64,000 nt of DNA from Epithemia pelagica (taxonomy: Eukaryota; Protista; Bacillariophyta). Shown here piece after piece: positions 12,163 to 23,742 of this stretch. Positions within the stretch are counted from its first letter, which is position 1. The number at the start of each line of letters is the position of its first letter. The stretch is from the NCBI GenBank assembly GCA_946965045.2, contig OX337242.1, forward strand, positions 310,001-374,000. The letters are read 5' to 3'. The notes beneath the pieces are model-generated. The model saw only the letters and a list, made by a program, of their open reading frames with translations. It searched no databases and had not been told where the DNA came from. Position numbers and translations under genes: made by a program.

Positions 12163-12729
12163 ATGACCGAGAGCGCAAGGACATACTTCGAAATCGAGAC
12201 CAAACCTAAACGACCTCTTTCGGCTTATAATTTCTTTTTTCAAAACGAACGAAAAAAGTTGCTCAACACAATGCCAACAAGACCGCAGGGAAAGCCTCGT
12301 CGTTCCCACGGAAAATGTGGTTTTGCACAAATGGCCAAGATCATTGCCAAGAAATGGAGCGACAACGAGATCGACCCAAAAGAAAAGAGTTGTTTTGAAG
12401 AACTTGTCAGAAAAGAGAAGCTACGTTACAAGAAGGAAATGGCGTTATACAAGAAGAGAAGAGTCCTCAAACAAAGAGAGAGAAAGGTAACCGATCGCAG
12501 TGTCAAACATTGCCAGAAGGCTGCCAGCGGTCCAACTACTAAATGTTAGACGCTGGAAACCGCATCAACATGTCTCCCACTTTCAGTATCTTCGATGCCA
12601 GTTCAAGTCCCCACCGAAAAGCGATCCCCTATTGAAAGTCTTGTTTTAGAGCTTGGAGATGACGGGGTCAAGATCTTTACTGAACTGTTTCGAAATGATC
12701 ATCAACTCGCGCAACCGTTACCTTGTTGA
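12163..12729 (+). CDS. HMG-box protein copy A with premature in-frame TAG at 12547-12549
   Basis: Complete HMG box (KPKRPLSAYNFFFQNER...RSHGKCGFAQMAKIIAKKW...RYKKEMALYK). The frame continues past the TAG to SPIESLVLELGDDGVKIFTELFRN...* at 12729. Confidence 0.85.
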
Positions 12730-13095
12730 CCACGCAATTTTGCAGCACTTAAGTTTTATAATTTTCTTGACTTTTCCGCGTAAGAACGATGCCGAGGTAG
12801 CTTGTAATGGCAAAGTAGGTTTGGTAAACATGACACATTCCAACACAAACTCACGAAAGAGTTTGTGAAAGGGACCCATGCCCTGCCTTGTGACGACACC
12901 TTGCTTCCTTTAAAGTATCAAGATCCCTCAACGTACTACCATGTCATGTAGTTATTGTAGTTGACAAGGAAATTCAAGACTTCCTGTACAGTATTGTATT
13001 GTTGTTGTTATCCCTCTGCTGGTTCTTCGAACTCGTGCCACCATGGAACCAGTGAAGGATCTTCTAAAACAGTGAGGCGGTATGGAGGGTTCGCT

Positions 13096-13302
13096 CTACA
13101 AGGATCAATTGCAAAACCATATGAATGGTCGCCCCAGCGGCAATTTTGGAATATCCGCCAATTGTTTTCCGCTGTGAATAAGCTTGATCTGATCAACACC
13201 CACACCTTCCCGTTCTTGCAAGGCTTGCTTCACATTCAATACTTGATCGTCCGGTTCAAAATTGTACGCTTGTTTGCGACCTGTTAATGTCTTGATGAAA
13301 AT
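13096..13302 (-). pseudogene. NEDD8: NEDD8 pseudogene (duplicate of exon 2)
   Basis: Near-identical to 10933-11163, but with a net 16-nt deletion and an 8-nt deletion that removes the RGG codons. Exon 1 and most of the intron are lost. Confidence 0.9.
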
Positions 13303-13393
13303 CTAATGCCAAACACGATAGAGGATGTAGACGCACCAGCAATCGACGTGATCGTGCCAAAAGACGAAACGAGACCAGCGCTACCAATTCATC

Positions 13394-13967
13394 ATGATCG
13401 AGGGTACAAACACATACTTCGAAATCGAGACAAAACCTAAACGGCCTCTTTCGGCCTACAATTTCTTTTTTCAAAACGAACGAAAAAAGTTGCTCGAGAT
13501 CATGCCAACAAGATCGGAGGGAAAACCTCGTCGTTCCCACGGAAAATGTGGCTTTGCGCAAATGGCAAAGATCATAGCCAAGAAATGGAGCGACAAAGAG
13601 ATCGACCCAGAAGAAAAGAGTTTGTTTGAAGAACTTGCCCGAAAAGAGAAGCTACGTTACAAACAGGAAATGGCGTTGTACAAGATACAAGAAGAGAGTC
13701 CTCAAGCGAAGAGGGAGAAAAGTGACCTGCAAGGCCAAACTATGCGAGAAGGCGACGAGGAGTCCAGCAAGTAAAAGTACGACTTTCGAAACGGCCATCT
13801 CGACATCGGATGTTGTTACCCCCACTTCGGCATCCACTGTATGCTCGCTTCCACTTCAAGGCCCCATCGAGGGACAATCCCCATTCGAAAGTCTTTTCCA
13901 AGATCTTGGATATGACGGGGTCAAGATACTTACCGACTTGTTTCGAGGTGACGACCGACAAGCGTAA
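13394..13967 (+). CDS. HMG-box protein copy B, frameshifted after the box
   Basis: The box is almost identical to copy A. A 7-bp tandem duplication tacaaga (13679-13692) shifts the frame, giving a stop at 13774. The ancestral C-terminus (SPFESLFQDLGYDGVKILTDLF) is in ORF 13626..13967. Confidence 0.85.
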
Positions 13968-14251
13968 GCCGTTGCCGTTTTGAACACTCAAATTCGTATA
14001 TTTTTAACTTTCCTGCTCCATAATTTTCCTTATTTTCCCGCATTGTACGACTTTCACACGTAGGAAATGATGCCTCGATCATGTCCACAGATAGGTTCGG
14101 CGGAATACCACACATACTCACGAAAGAGTTTGTTACAAACTAATGCCCCCACCTTGTGACAAAACAGTCCTGCCTGCAATGTTGCTCTACGTATCGGGGT
14201 CCCTCAACTTGCTACCCTGACAAGTTTTTGTTTCAAGATCAAGGGGGGACT

Positions 14252-17200
14252 CTAACTTTTTGAGGGAGAAGGCAAGGGCGGCGGGGGTGGTCCCAGGGGC
14301 AAGGACAGTCCCAACTCTTGTTGTTTCGAAGCCTTCACTTGCCAGTAGTAATAAAATGCTCCAGCCTTGTTGATGGGAGCTTTGCACTTCTCTGCCAATT
14401 GTAACACGAGTCTCAAGCACTCCGCCTTGCTGGCGCTTCTTGCTGGTGTTGGATCTTCGCCGTCCAGATCGTCACTGTCCGTGTCCGTAACACTCTTGTT
14501 CCAGGCTACCATGAGTTCATCCGCTACTTTTTCTTTCGATCTTGCCGTACTGTGATGGATCAGTCGGGCCATTCGACGGAGATACTCCTTTTGGAGACGT
14601 TCAGAGAGGTCTTCTGCCGGTGCCGATGCCGCTTCACCGTCCACAGAGGCCGTGTTGGTGGAACTGGTAACCAGGCCACAAGTCTCTAGAACATCGCGTT
14701 TGACTTCCCATAAATAACCAAACGGGTGTTTGGTCTTTTCGGCCACTGACTCCAATGTTTTCAACGCCTGGGCTCGGCTCAGAGCGGCCAGTCGCTCGCT
14801 GCTGCTACGGAGTTGATCCAACATCTTTTCCTTCGAGGCCATGGTACTATGGTGAACAACGTTGACAAAGGCCTTCAAGTCCTCTCCAGAGAGAGAACGT
14901 TGCTTGTCGAGCGAAGGAGAATTGTTCTTGTTTGTCTCGTCGGAACCAAAAATCTCGTCTGTCAACGCAGGTGGGAATGCGTCCATCATGCAATCTTCCT
15001 CGGCTTGGTCTTTGCATGTGACAATGGTGTGTCCTTGAAGAATTTGGATAGCTTCATTGTGGGTCTCGACCCCTTCCAAGAGCCCTTGTCCGGATACTTC
15101 CAATTCAGGAGTAGACAGTGCCGCCAAGGAAATTCCTCCCGGTGCTGGACCAATGAGGACTAAGGATGTCTTGGTCCGATCTTCGACGCGTTGTTTCTTG
15201 CGGAGTCGTTTGGTTTCTTCATCCGCGTCGTCATTGTCCACCTCATCGTCGGCGGCCAGCCATCCGTCCTCATTCTCATTCTCATCCGCAATAAAATCGT
15301 CCTTTTCCACGTCCATGTCGTCATTGTCGCCCAGTTCTTCTCCAATTTCATCGTCTCCTTCTTCCCATTCAGCTTCACTATCATTGTCGTAGTCAAAGTG
15401 TTGGTTGTCCTTTCCAAAGGGTCTTCGGCCCGTCACGAGCGCACTTTTCTTGCTCCATGTACCGTAGTACGGAGGCCGCACATCCTTGTCAAAGCGCAAG
15501 AACTTGAGCTTGCTTCGGAAGAGCATGGTACGTTCCTCGGCAAAGGCCTGATCCGTGGCCCAAGGATCGTCATCCTCTACGGCCGAGACAAAGACCGTAC
15601 GTTCAATCATTTGAGACGTGGGTTGGAGGAGTGCTCGGGCCTTGTCGGAAACCCGCATGGGAAAACTACAAGACATGTCTCTGTCGGTGCCTCCGGAGAT
15701 GAGGGACAATACTGGGTTGTGGGGTAGTGATTCCGGTGTACGCAAAGCCACGGGGGAAAGCTTGTTGGGGCTTTCATTCTCCTTGGACTTTTTCGACGTA
15801 ACAAAGAAGGTCTTCATCATGTTGGCTTGTTTCTGAATTTTGGCCCGTTTCACTTGACGAGTCTTTTGTTCCTCTTCTTCTTTTTGCTGTTTGGCATCCA
15901 AAACAGCTTGCTTTTTGCGTTCCGCCTCTTGTTGTTTACGTTGTTTTTCCTCGGCCAGTTCTTGTTGTTTTTGTTGTTTCTCCTCCAACTTGCGGCGTTT
16001 CTTTTCCTCCACCATTTGCTGTTTGAGCTTGTTCTTTTCATCCTTTTTGCGTTCCTTGAGTTCTTGTTCTTGCGATTGTCGCTCGTGCTTCTCTTGGATT
16101 TCCCGTTCGGCCTGGACGAGGCTCGCCACGCGATCTTCTTCTTGTTGAATGCGGGTGGTGAGCTTTTTCAGCTTGTCCTGCGACTGCTTTTTGCGCGCCA
16201 CGACGACCTGTTTCTCGGCTTCGGAAAGCAGGGTCAATACCTTGGCCAAGGCATTCAAACGAGTGGTGCGCCGCCGAAACACCGCCCTTGCTTGTTTGAC
16301 GTGGGGAATGCACTCGCTCGGCAAGAGATCCATCATGTCCACTTCCCATCGCCAGAGGAATTCGGTGCGTTCGTTCGTCATGGGGTCGACCATGGGCTTG
16401 TTCCACGTCTCGACACGATCCCGTGTCTCCGAGTCCACCAGGACCTGGGGCGTCTTGACGTGATTCTTTCGAGTGGCTACCAGTTTCATCTTGTCGGCGA
16501 CAAGGTCCTGGGAAAAGCCATGCGTGTCATAGAGTTGGTTCAGTTCAGTCGCAATCTGGGACGCCAGGACCGGCAATGACAAGGACTGTCCTTCGACCCG
16601 TGCACACAGTTGGTCCAGGCAAACGTCGGGAAACGTCTTCCATGACATGTCCTCCGGCTTCTTCCAGTCCAAGGAAGACGGTGTGGTAGCAGAGGCGGTC
16701 GGTTTTTGGTTCAGAGTCATGCACTCGTCCAACAACTCCTTGGCTTGACGTTTGTACAGGGTGCTCTTGCTTTGAAAATTGGCCCACTGCAACTGCTTCT
16801 CTTCCGACAATTTGGTAATGTCCGGTGGAGCGGACGACGAGGCAGTTGTGGATCCCTTTCTCGAGTCTGGCTTGGGCCGCTTGCGACTGGCGAAAGTCTT
16901 TGGCGGATCGGATACAGCAGGTTGGTCCTTCTTGTCCACAATTTCAACCTGTGGAACTGCCTCGGGCGCGTCGAACGTTTCGAACGAGTCGTTCTTGGAG
17001 TCCTTCTCCACAAGGTTCTTTGCTTCTTGTTCGATATTCTCCAAGACTTGTTCCGACTCATCTTGGTCCTTGTTCATATCTTCACTTAAGTTCTCGGGCT
17101 CATTGTATGGAGATGGGGATCCATTCTCCCTGTTCTTCGGTTCGATGGAGGGAGAGTCGTCTTGTTGCTGCTGCTGCCTAGGTGGGTGGTGGTCACCCTC

Positions 17201-18535
17201 CTGGTCCACATGGTCCCCGTCATCCATGTCTAAGGGTGCTGCATCGAGACCAGTGGCATTGTCCTCGTCGTGGGGCAGTTCCATGGGTGCCTCGTCACGT
17301 TCTTCTTCTTGTTCTGGCATGCGGTTGCCACTCTCCTCGAGATTCTTTTGGTCTTGGAGTGACACGGGAGGAGAACTCGGATCGGCTGCTTCCAAGGAGG
17401 ATGGATCAGACTCAGACGATGGGGTCGAATCCTTGTGGCGTTCTGGGTCACTGGTGGCTGGTTCGTCGCTTCTGGTAGATGGATGCTTCGACTCTGTTTC
17501 CTTGCTACCATCCTCTTTTGATGTCACTGCTGTTGCCGTGCTAGTTTGGGGAGGACTGCTTGTCGCCGTGGTGGTGTCTTGAGGATCTGGGAGGGCTGGA
17601 TCCTCCAGTGAGCCAGCCGCTCTCGAACCACTGGTTGGTGTGGTGGAAGGAGGACTGCTCGGTCCTTGATGCTCTTGTTCACGATTGCTGCGAACCATTG
17701 TGGTATCCTCCTCCTGCTCTTTCTTCTTCTGGTTGGGATGGTGGACCTTGGGAGAACCACTCGCGGGGGACACAACCACGACAGCAACCTCGGAGGATTC
17801 TGCGGCCTTGGGAGGGGAGGAAGAGGAATCCAGAGCCACAACGACGGGGTCCAGGAGGGACGATCGTCGACGGTCCTGATCGTGGGCCACCACGGTATGG
17901 GGTGTCACGGCGTGCGTGGTGGGTTTGGCGTCATCCTTATTGGAGGGAGGGTCGCTTGTTGTGGCAGGAGTAGTACTAGTAGTAGTAGTAGTAGTGGAGG
18001 GACTCGTGGCCTCGGAGGACGACACGCCGTTGTTCGTCTTGTTCTTGGGCTTGCCCATGCAAATGTCTCGCAATTCTTGAAATTGGTCCGGAGAAAGCCG
18101 GTCCTTGGGCGTTTGGGTGGTGACCGTCGTATGGTTCTTGTTCTTGGAAGAGGTTGTCGTCTTTTTGGAAAAGAAGGATCCCAAGGTCAATTGGTTGGGG
18201 CGTTTCTTGGATGATTTTGCTGGGAGCGATTTGGTTGAGGATTTGGCCTTTTTGGACTGGCTGGTGGTGGACGATTCGGATGGTTTGCGTTTCGTCGAAG
18301 TGGTGGTCGTCTTTGACGTCGTTGTCTTGGAGGAGGACTTGAGTTTGGTGGTCGTTGCCTGGAGGGTTGAGGCGGCGGCGGCGGGTGGCTGTGACAGCAA
18401 GGGAATGGTGGAAGGGGAAGCACTGGTGGCATGGGTGGATGCTTCCATTCCATCCGTCTCCTTCCCATAAATTTCCTCCACTAAGAGGACGTCTGCCTCG
18501 TCTTCGTCCACTTCAATATATTCTACCGTCGGCAT
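14252..18535 (-). CDS. CHAF1A: Chromatin assembly factor 1 large subunit (p150/FAS1/Cac1)
   Basis: CAF1A signature KFLRFDKDVRPPYYGTWSKKS...GRRPFGKD...DYDNDSEAEWEE followed by an acidic ED region. KER coiled coil. PIP-like QLTLGSFF and ANMMKTFF. Likely start ATG 18535 (MPTVEY). Confidence 0.92.
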   Translation of the reverse strand: MPTVEYIEVDEDEADVLLVEEIYGKETDGMEASTHATSASPSTIPLLSQPPAAAASTLQATTTKLKSSSKTTTSKTTTTSTKRKPSESSTTSQSKKAKSSTKSLPAKSSKKRPNQLTLGSFFSKKTTTSSKNKNHTTVTTQTPKDRLSPDQFQELRDICMGKPKNKTNNGVSSSEATSPSTTTTTTSTTPATTSDPPSNKDDAKPTTHAVTPHTVVAHDQDRRRSSLLDPVVVALDSSSSPPKAAESSEVAVVVVSPASGSPKVHHPNQKKKEQEEDTTMVRSNREQEHQGPSSPPSTTPTSGSRAAGSLEDPALPDPQDTTTATSSPPQTSTATAVTSKEDGSKETESKHPSTRSDEPATSDPERHKDSTPSSESDPSSLEAADPSSPPVSLQDQKNLEESGNRMPEQEEERDEAPMELPHDEDNATGLDAAPLDMDDGDHVDQEGDHHPPRQQQQQDDSPSIEPKNRENGSPSPYNEPENLSEDMNKDQDESEQVLENIEQEAKNLVEKDSKNDSFETFDAPEAVPQVEIVDKKDQPAVSDPPKTFASRKRPKPDSRKGSTTASSSAPPDITKLSEEKQLQWANFQSKSTLYKRQAKELLDECMTLNQKPTASATTPSSLDWKKPEDMSWKTFPDVCLDQLCARVEGQSLSLPVLASQIATELNQLYDTHGFSQDLVADKMKLVATRKNHVKTPQVLVDSETRDRVETWNKPMVDPMTNERTEFLWRWEVDMMDLLPSECIPHVKQARAVFRRRTTRLNALAKVLTLLSEAEKQVVVARKKQSQDKLKKLTTRIQQEEDRVASLVQAEREIQEKHERQSQEQELKERKKDEKNKLKQQMVEEKKRRKLEEKQQKQQELAEEKQRKQQEAERKKQAVLDAKQQKEEEEQKTRQVKRAKIQKQANMMKTFFVTSKKSKENESPNKLSPVALRTPESLPHNPVLSLISGGTDRDMSCSFPMRVSDKARALLQPTSQMIERTVFVSAVEDDDPWATDQAFAEERTMLFRSKLKFLRFDKDVRPPYYGTWSKKSALVTGRRPFGKDNQHFDYDNDSEAEWEEGDDEIGEELGDNDDMDVEKDDFIADENENEDGWLAADDEVDNDDADEETKRLRKKQRVEDRTKTSLVLIGPAPGGISLAALSTPELEVSGQGLLEGVETHNEAIQILQGHTIVTCKDQAEEDCMMDAFPPALTDEIFGSDETNKNNSPSLDKQRSLSGEDLKAFVNVVHHSTMASKEKMLDQLRSSSERLAALSRAQALKTLESVAEKTKHPFGYLWEVKRDVLETCGLVTSSTNTASVDGEAASAPAEDLSERLQKEYLRRMARLIHHSTARSKEKVADELMVAWNKSVTDTDSDDLDGEDPTPARSASKAECLRLVLQLAEKCKAPINKAGAFYYYWQVKASKQQELGLSLPLGPPPPPLPSPSKS

Positions 18536-18659
18536 GATGCTGATGATGGATTCTCCAACAAGGCATGAAACGAACGACAACAAGCTTTCTCTCAATCAAT
18601 TTCTTCTTCTCGTTTTCTTGATTGCTTCCATCCGCATTGTGACGGTCCATTGTCGCCGC

Positions 18660-18667
18660 GCGCCAAA
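18660..18667 (-). promoter_or_regulatory. E2F-type site TTTGGCGC upstream of the CAF-1 gene
   Basis: gcgcgccaaaa on the + strand matches TTTSSCGC, ~125 bp upstream of the ATG at 18535. Confidence 0.5.
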
Positions 18668-19134
18668 ATCTGGGTGCGAGCACGCATGGATGAGAAGGCG
18701 GACGTGCTCGGAAGTCCGCGCCAGATTCTGTATTTAAAATTTAAATTCAACTTTCAAAACGGAAACGGTCGGACTGACGCACCCACCATGTCACAGAATC
18801 ATCCAACAACAAAAAATCTTGGAGAACTCCATCCATCCATCAAACTTGGCCACCATTGACGTTGCCGGGGATCTCTATCTTGGAACAACACAGCCATCCT
18901 TGAGGGTACACCCAGAGGAACTTGTCGTGGATTCTTGTGACGAACTGGAAAAGAAAGACGTAGTGAGACAACACACTCCAAAAAGGTTGACCCTCGCTCT
19001 CCCTCGTTCCATCACTTTTTGCCACGCGTCGATACCGAACGAGACACCAGCACAACAACCTGTGTTGATTCGTAGTGCATCCTTGCCTACGACTACCAGT
19101 CTTTTGGGGAGGCTCTCTTGTGTGTGTCACCATC

Positions 19135-22100
19135 ATGAGAATATTACTCCATTCGAGTAGTAGTAACAACAACAACAACAAGGCGTTTTCGGTGGTTGTT
19201 GTTGCCACCATGGTGGTATTTTTTCAATGGAGTCTTCGGTCCACATGTTCCTTGGCGGTGGTTCGACAACGACGACGACCACATGTCCTGCTTCCTCCTC
19301 TCCCAGCCAGTAGCAGTGCAGTTGGATCACCACCAAACTGGGTGACAACACTGGGTGGACGAACGTCCCTGTCTCGAATGTGGGCCTCGTCCGATGCCTC
19401 GAATACAGGTAGGTGTTGTTGTGAGAGAACGACTCGACACGGTCGAATCGAATCAAACTCACACACTGTTTGGGCAACGCCTCACTCGTGGACAATGACA
19501 ACAATGTGGTGTCTGAATTGTTGTATTTTATGGTTTGTCTTGTGTTTGTTTGTGCGTGTGTTGTGGTTGTGTTGGTTCTCTACAGATGCACCGAAACCAA
19601 ATAAGGGACATAAAACGAAAAAGGGCGCACCGGCTCCCACCAAAACTCCCAATGCCTATGCCGAAACCATTCTCTTACCGGAAACCTCCTTTTCCCAACG
19701 AGCCAATTCCATTGTCCGGGAACCGGAATTGCAAGCCTATTGGAAGGAATCGAATTTGTATGACAAATTGTCACGACAGGCGGCCGACCGTCCCCGTTTT
19801 GTCTTGCACGATGGACCTCCCTATGCCAATGGCGATTTGCACTGTGGACATGCCTTGAACAAAATTCTCAAGGATATCATCAATCGCTTTCAAATCCTCT
19901 TTCTCCACAAACAAGTGCACTATGTGCCCGGCTGGGATTGTCATGGATTGCCCATTGAACTCAAAGTCCTTCAAACCATCAAGAGCAAGACGGAACGACA
20001 ATCCCTGACACCGGTTCAATTGCGACAAAAGGCGGCCTCCTTTGCCGCCGAAACGGTGGAAAAGCAATCGGCCAGTTTCCAACGGTACGGTATTTTGGGA
20101 GATTTTGAACACCCCTACTTGACCCTGCAACCCTCCTTTGAAGCGGCCCAAATCCAAGTGTTTGGTACCATGTTTGAAAAGGGGTATATTTTTCGTGGTC
20201 GCAAACCCGTGCATTGGTCGCCATCCTCCCAAACCGCCTTGGCCGAAGCCGAATTGGAATATCCGCCCAATCACATTTCCAAATCCATTTACGTGGCCTT
20301 TCCCGTGGAACAACCGTCGGCCGCCGTGGCCGCGTGGCACGCGGCCGACGAACCACTCCAGGTGGCCATTTGGACCACCACGCCATGGACCATTCCCGCC
20401 AATTTGGCCGTGGCGGTCAATCCGCAATTGTCCTATTCCGTCGTGCACCATGCCAAGACGGGAAAATTGTTGGTGGCGACGGATTTGATGGAAACCTTGG
20501 CCGACAAGTTTCAGTTGAGCAGTGGCGAGGAAGAAGAAACATCGGCGTCGTCGTCGTCCTTTCAAGTATTGGCTACCTTTACGGGAGAAGATGTCATTGG
20601 GACCACCTACCACCATCCCCTCCAGGGCAGTCAACGGATTTCTCCCGTCGTGGCCGGAGGGGACTACATTACAACCGAATCGGGTACCGGATTGGTCCAC
20701 ACGGCACCGGGCCATGGACAAGACGATTACTTGACGGGGTTGAAATATGGATTGGACTTGTTGAGTCCGGTCGATGATACCGGGAAATTTACCATGGACG
20801 CCGGACCAGACTTTTGTGGCAAGTCGGTCTTGGGAGAAGGCAATGTGGCCGTCATTGACGCCTTGCAACAAGCCGGTGCACTCTTGTTGCAAGAAGACTA
20901 CAATCACAAGTATCCCTACGATTGGCGAACCAAGAAACCCACCATTTTTCGTGCCACCGATCAATGGTTTGCCAGTGTCCAAGGATTCCGTGACGAAGCA
21001 CTTGAAGCGATTCCTACGGTAAGTGATTGATTCATGCTTATATCCTCTTGTCGCGTACCACAGGACTCACTAGAACCTTTCACCAATGGGGTTATTGTTG
21101 TTCTATGTTGTAGGTTCAATGGGTTCCCGAGACTGGCATTAATCGCATCACGTCATTTGTGTCGGGTCGGGGTGACTGGTGCATTTCGAGACAGCGATCG
21201 TGGGGTGTACCCATTCCCGTCTTTTATGATCGTGAAACGGGCCAAGAGGTTTTGCTCAATTCCCAAACCTTGCAACACATTCAAGCCTTGTTTGCCGAAC
21301 ATGGGAGTGATTGTTGGTGGACCATGGAAGAACGCGATTTGTTGCCGGACGAATACAAGGACGAAGCGGACAAGTGGAAAAAGGGGACCGATACCAGTAA
21401 GTGGGAAACGAGGTTTCGTTTTTGAAATACGTGGATCTTCTAACGGGATCTTTTTGAATGAATTGTTTACGATAGTGGATGTTTGGTTTGATTCTGGATC
21501 CAGTTGGGCAGGTGTGGTACAAACTCGAGATGAATTGTCCTATCCAGCCGATCTCTATCTCGAGGGAAGTGATCAACATCGAGGATGGTTCCAAAGCAGC
21601 TTGCTGACCAGTGTTGCCAACACAGGCAAGGCTCCGTTCAAGACGGTCTTGACACATGGATTTGTCTTGGATGAAAAGGGATTCAAAATGTCCAAGTCTC
21701 TGGGCAATGTTGTGGATCCTCTCAAGGTCATTGAGGGTGGCAACAACAAGAAAAAGGAACCAGCCTATGGTGCCGACGTACTGCGTCTGTGGGTCGCCAA
21801 TAGCGATTACTCGTCCGATGTTCTCATTGGCGACAATATCATAAAACAAACCTTTGACGGTTACCGTAAACTACGCAATACGGCTCGATACATGATTGGT
21901 AATCTTGCGGATTTTACACCCATGTCCGAAGATGGCGCTGAAACGACAACAGCTGTTCCCTATGACGACTTGCCTTCTCTGGATAAGTACATGTTGGGCC
22001 TTCTCAGTCAGTCGCTGAATACTGTGAAAGAAGCCATGGAACAGTATCAGTTTCAACGAGCCATTCAGGAGATTATGCGCTTTGCCACTGCGGATCTTTC

Positions 22101-22884
22101 CAACTTTTACCTGGATGTTGCCAAGGATCGACTGTACATTTCCGGCATTGATGACGCTCGTCGAAGGAGTTGTCAAACTGTCATACACGCATGCCTGGAG
22201 GGATTTGCCAAGGCTGTGGCACCCATCTTGCCACACATGGCGGAAGATATATGGCAAAATCTTCCCTACAAAAATAAAGATAAGGAGGAAAGTGTATTTG
22301 AAGGAGGACTTTCTCCGACCTTAACCTCATTTGCACCACACGATGAAGAGATGTGGTCCTTTGTGCGGCAAATCCGAGATGATGTAAACAAATGCCTCGA
22401 GAATGCCCGAAACGACAAACTTTTGGGTGCTTCTCTAGAGAGTGCTGCATACATTTATGTCCCCGACGACGAGAAAGTGGCATTTTTGAAACGATTGGAC
22501 GGGGATGTCAGCTTGATTTATCCACCAGTAAAGACCAATGGTGTTGATGAATTGCGAACAGTGTTGATGATTTCGCAAATTCACATTGTGGATAGCGCGG
22601 ACCAGGTAAAAGAAAAATGCGAGGAGGCCCATGTCCAATCAGCCACAGAAACTATCAGCGGTGCCGTAGTGGGAGTGACTAAAGCTAAGGGTCAGAAATG
22701 TGGTCGTTGCTGGTTTTATGATGAAGCCATTGGTGAGCTAAAGGAAGAAGAAGGCCACCACTCACATGGTGATGATCTATGCCAACGGTGCAACGAAGCC
22801 ATATCCATGTGGGAAGAGCAGAGTGGCAAGAAGTTTGTCAACCCCCAAAGCATTGACCAAGAAGCAACAGCTCCAGTTGCCTAA
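19135..22884 (+). CDS. ileS: Organellar (bacterial-type) isoleucyl-tRNA synthetase; exons 19135-19408, 19586-21018, 21114-21396, 21476-22884
   Basis: [12 protein letters not shown] (HIGH), [62 protein letters not shown], and a C-terminal CxxC/CxxC zinc finger. Three GT-AG introns restore the frame. N-terminal targeting-like extension. Confidence 0.96.
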
Positions 22885-23157
22885 TAGGTCTACGTTACAG
22901 CGTAAGAGTAATCAGCTCTCACCTTACAACATAGATGCCCAACATCTCCCCCACAGAAAAAGAGATCACGACTACCTACCTAATAGAAATGGGTGCCGGG
23001 CGGCGTGAACGCGTGCAATGTTAGGGGCGCGCTTTTGTGCGCTACATCAGAGAAAAGATTTGCCACGTGGAGGTGGAAAACTTCACTCCGTCCACCCCCA
23101 AGAGCAAGCCGTAAACAAGTCGTCGATCGAGGAGGACAACATCGGGGATTACGAACG

Positions 23158-23742
23158 ATGCACCAAGCTTCGCTGTTTTCCAACAATAGAGGCGGCTCGT
23201 TGAATCTTCGAGCGCTTATTCTCCTCATCCTTTTCGTTGACAGGTTCTCTGTTTTTGCCTCGGCAATTTTTGCTAGCTCTCGAAACTCACCGATTCTCGC
23301 AAGTCGAGCTACCTCAGCTAATTCAAGAAGCAAAGTTCTTTATCGAAGTTCATCAACTATTTGGGAGCACGATGTATCTGGGATGACTTCTTCTTTCAAT
23401 GAGGGACTGTCTTCTGTGGAGCGCGTCCCTCGTGGAGGCGGTGCCTTGGGTGGTGCCGGTGCGCTTCATGGCTCACTCGGGTCCTTTATGGCTGGAATGA
23501 ACCCATTTGGATACAAGATAACAGAACTGGGAGAACAATACTTGTCGTACGAAGGATCACTGGATGGTGATATCGGTCGTTTCTTGGCCAGTTTGAAAAA
23601 TGGACAACGAAAACGCTTCAAGGCCCTCAAATCACAATGGATGGAAGTAGTACGAGTTGCCAAAACCAGACAAGCCATGCGCATTTATCGGACACTCGAA
23701 GAACTGATTGATTTTTGTCTCAAAGCGGGCTTTATCGAATAA
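23158..23742 (+). CDS. Hypothetical protein with N-terminal hydrophobic signal, RGG motif and helical C-terminal domain
   Basis: MHQASL...ALILLILFVDRFSVFASA, VPRGGG, then NPFGYKITELGEQYL...CLKAGFIE. Family not named. Confidence 0.75.
   Translation: MHQASLFSNNRGGSLNLRALILLILFVDRFSVFASAIFASSRNSPILASRATSANSRSKVLYRSSSTIWEHDVSGMTSSFNEGLSSVERVPRGGGALGGAGALHGSLGSFMAGMNPFGYKITELGEQYLSYEGSLDGDIGRFLASLKNGQRKRFKALKSQWMEVVRVAKTRQAMRIYRTLEELIDFCLKAGFIE

Larger units (their letters stand above)
10790..14220. repeat. Direct tandem segmental duplication: copy A ~10790-12957, copy B ~12958-14220
   Basis: tagttgacaaggaaattcaagacttcctgtacagtattgtattg occurs at 10790 and 12958 (2168 bp apart). NEDD8 exon, HMG gene and 3' flank are colinear. 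About 945 bp of copy A (11189-12133) is missing from copy B. Confidence 0.93.

Noticed and set aside
19771-20982. 403-aa minus-strand ORF
   Set aside because: Lies entirely antisense to IleRS exon 2. The same applies to 9627..10388, 15827..16579 and 40646..41740 relative to their genes.
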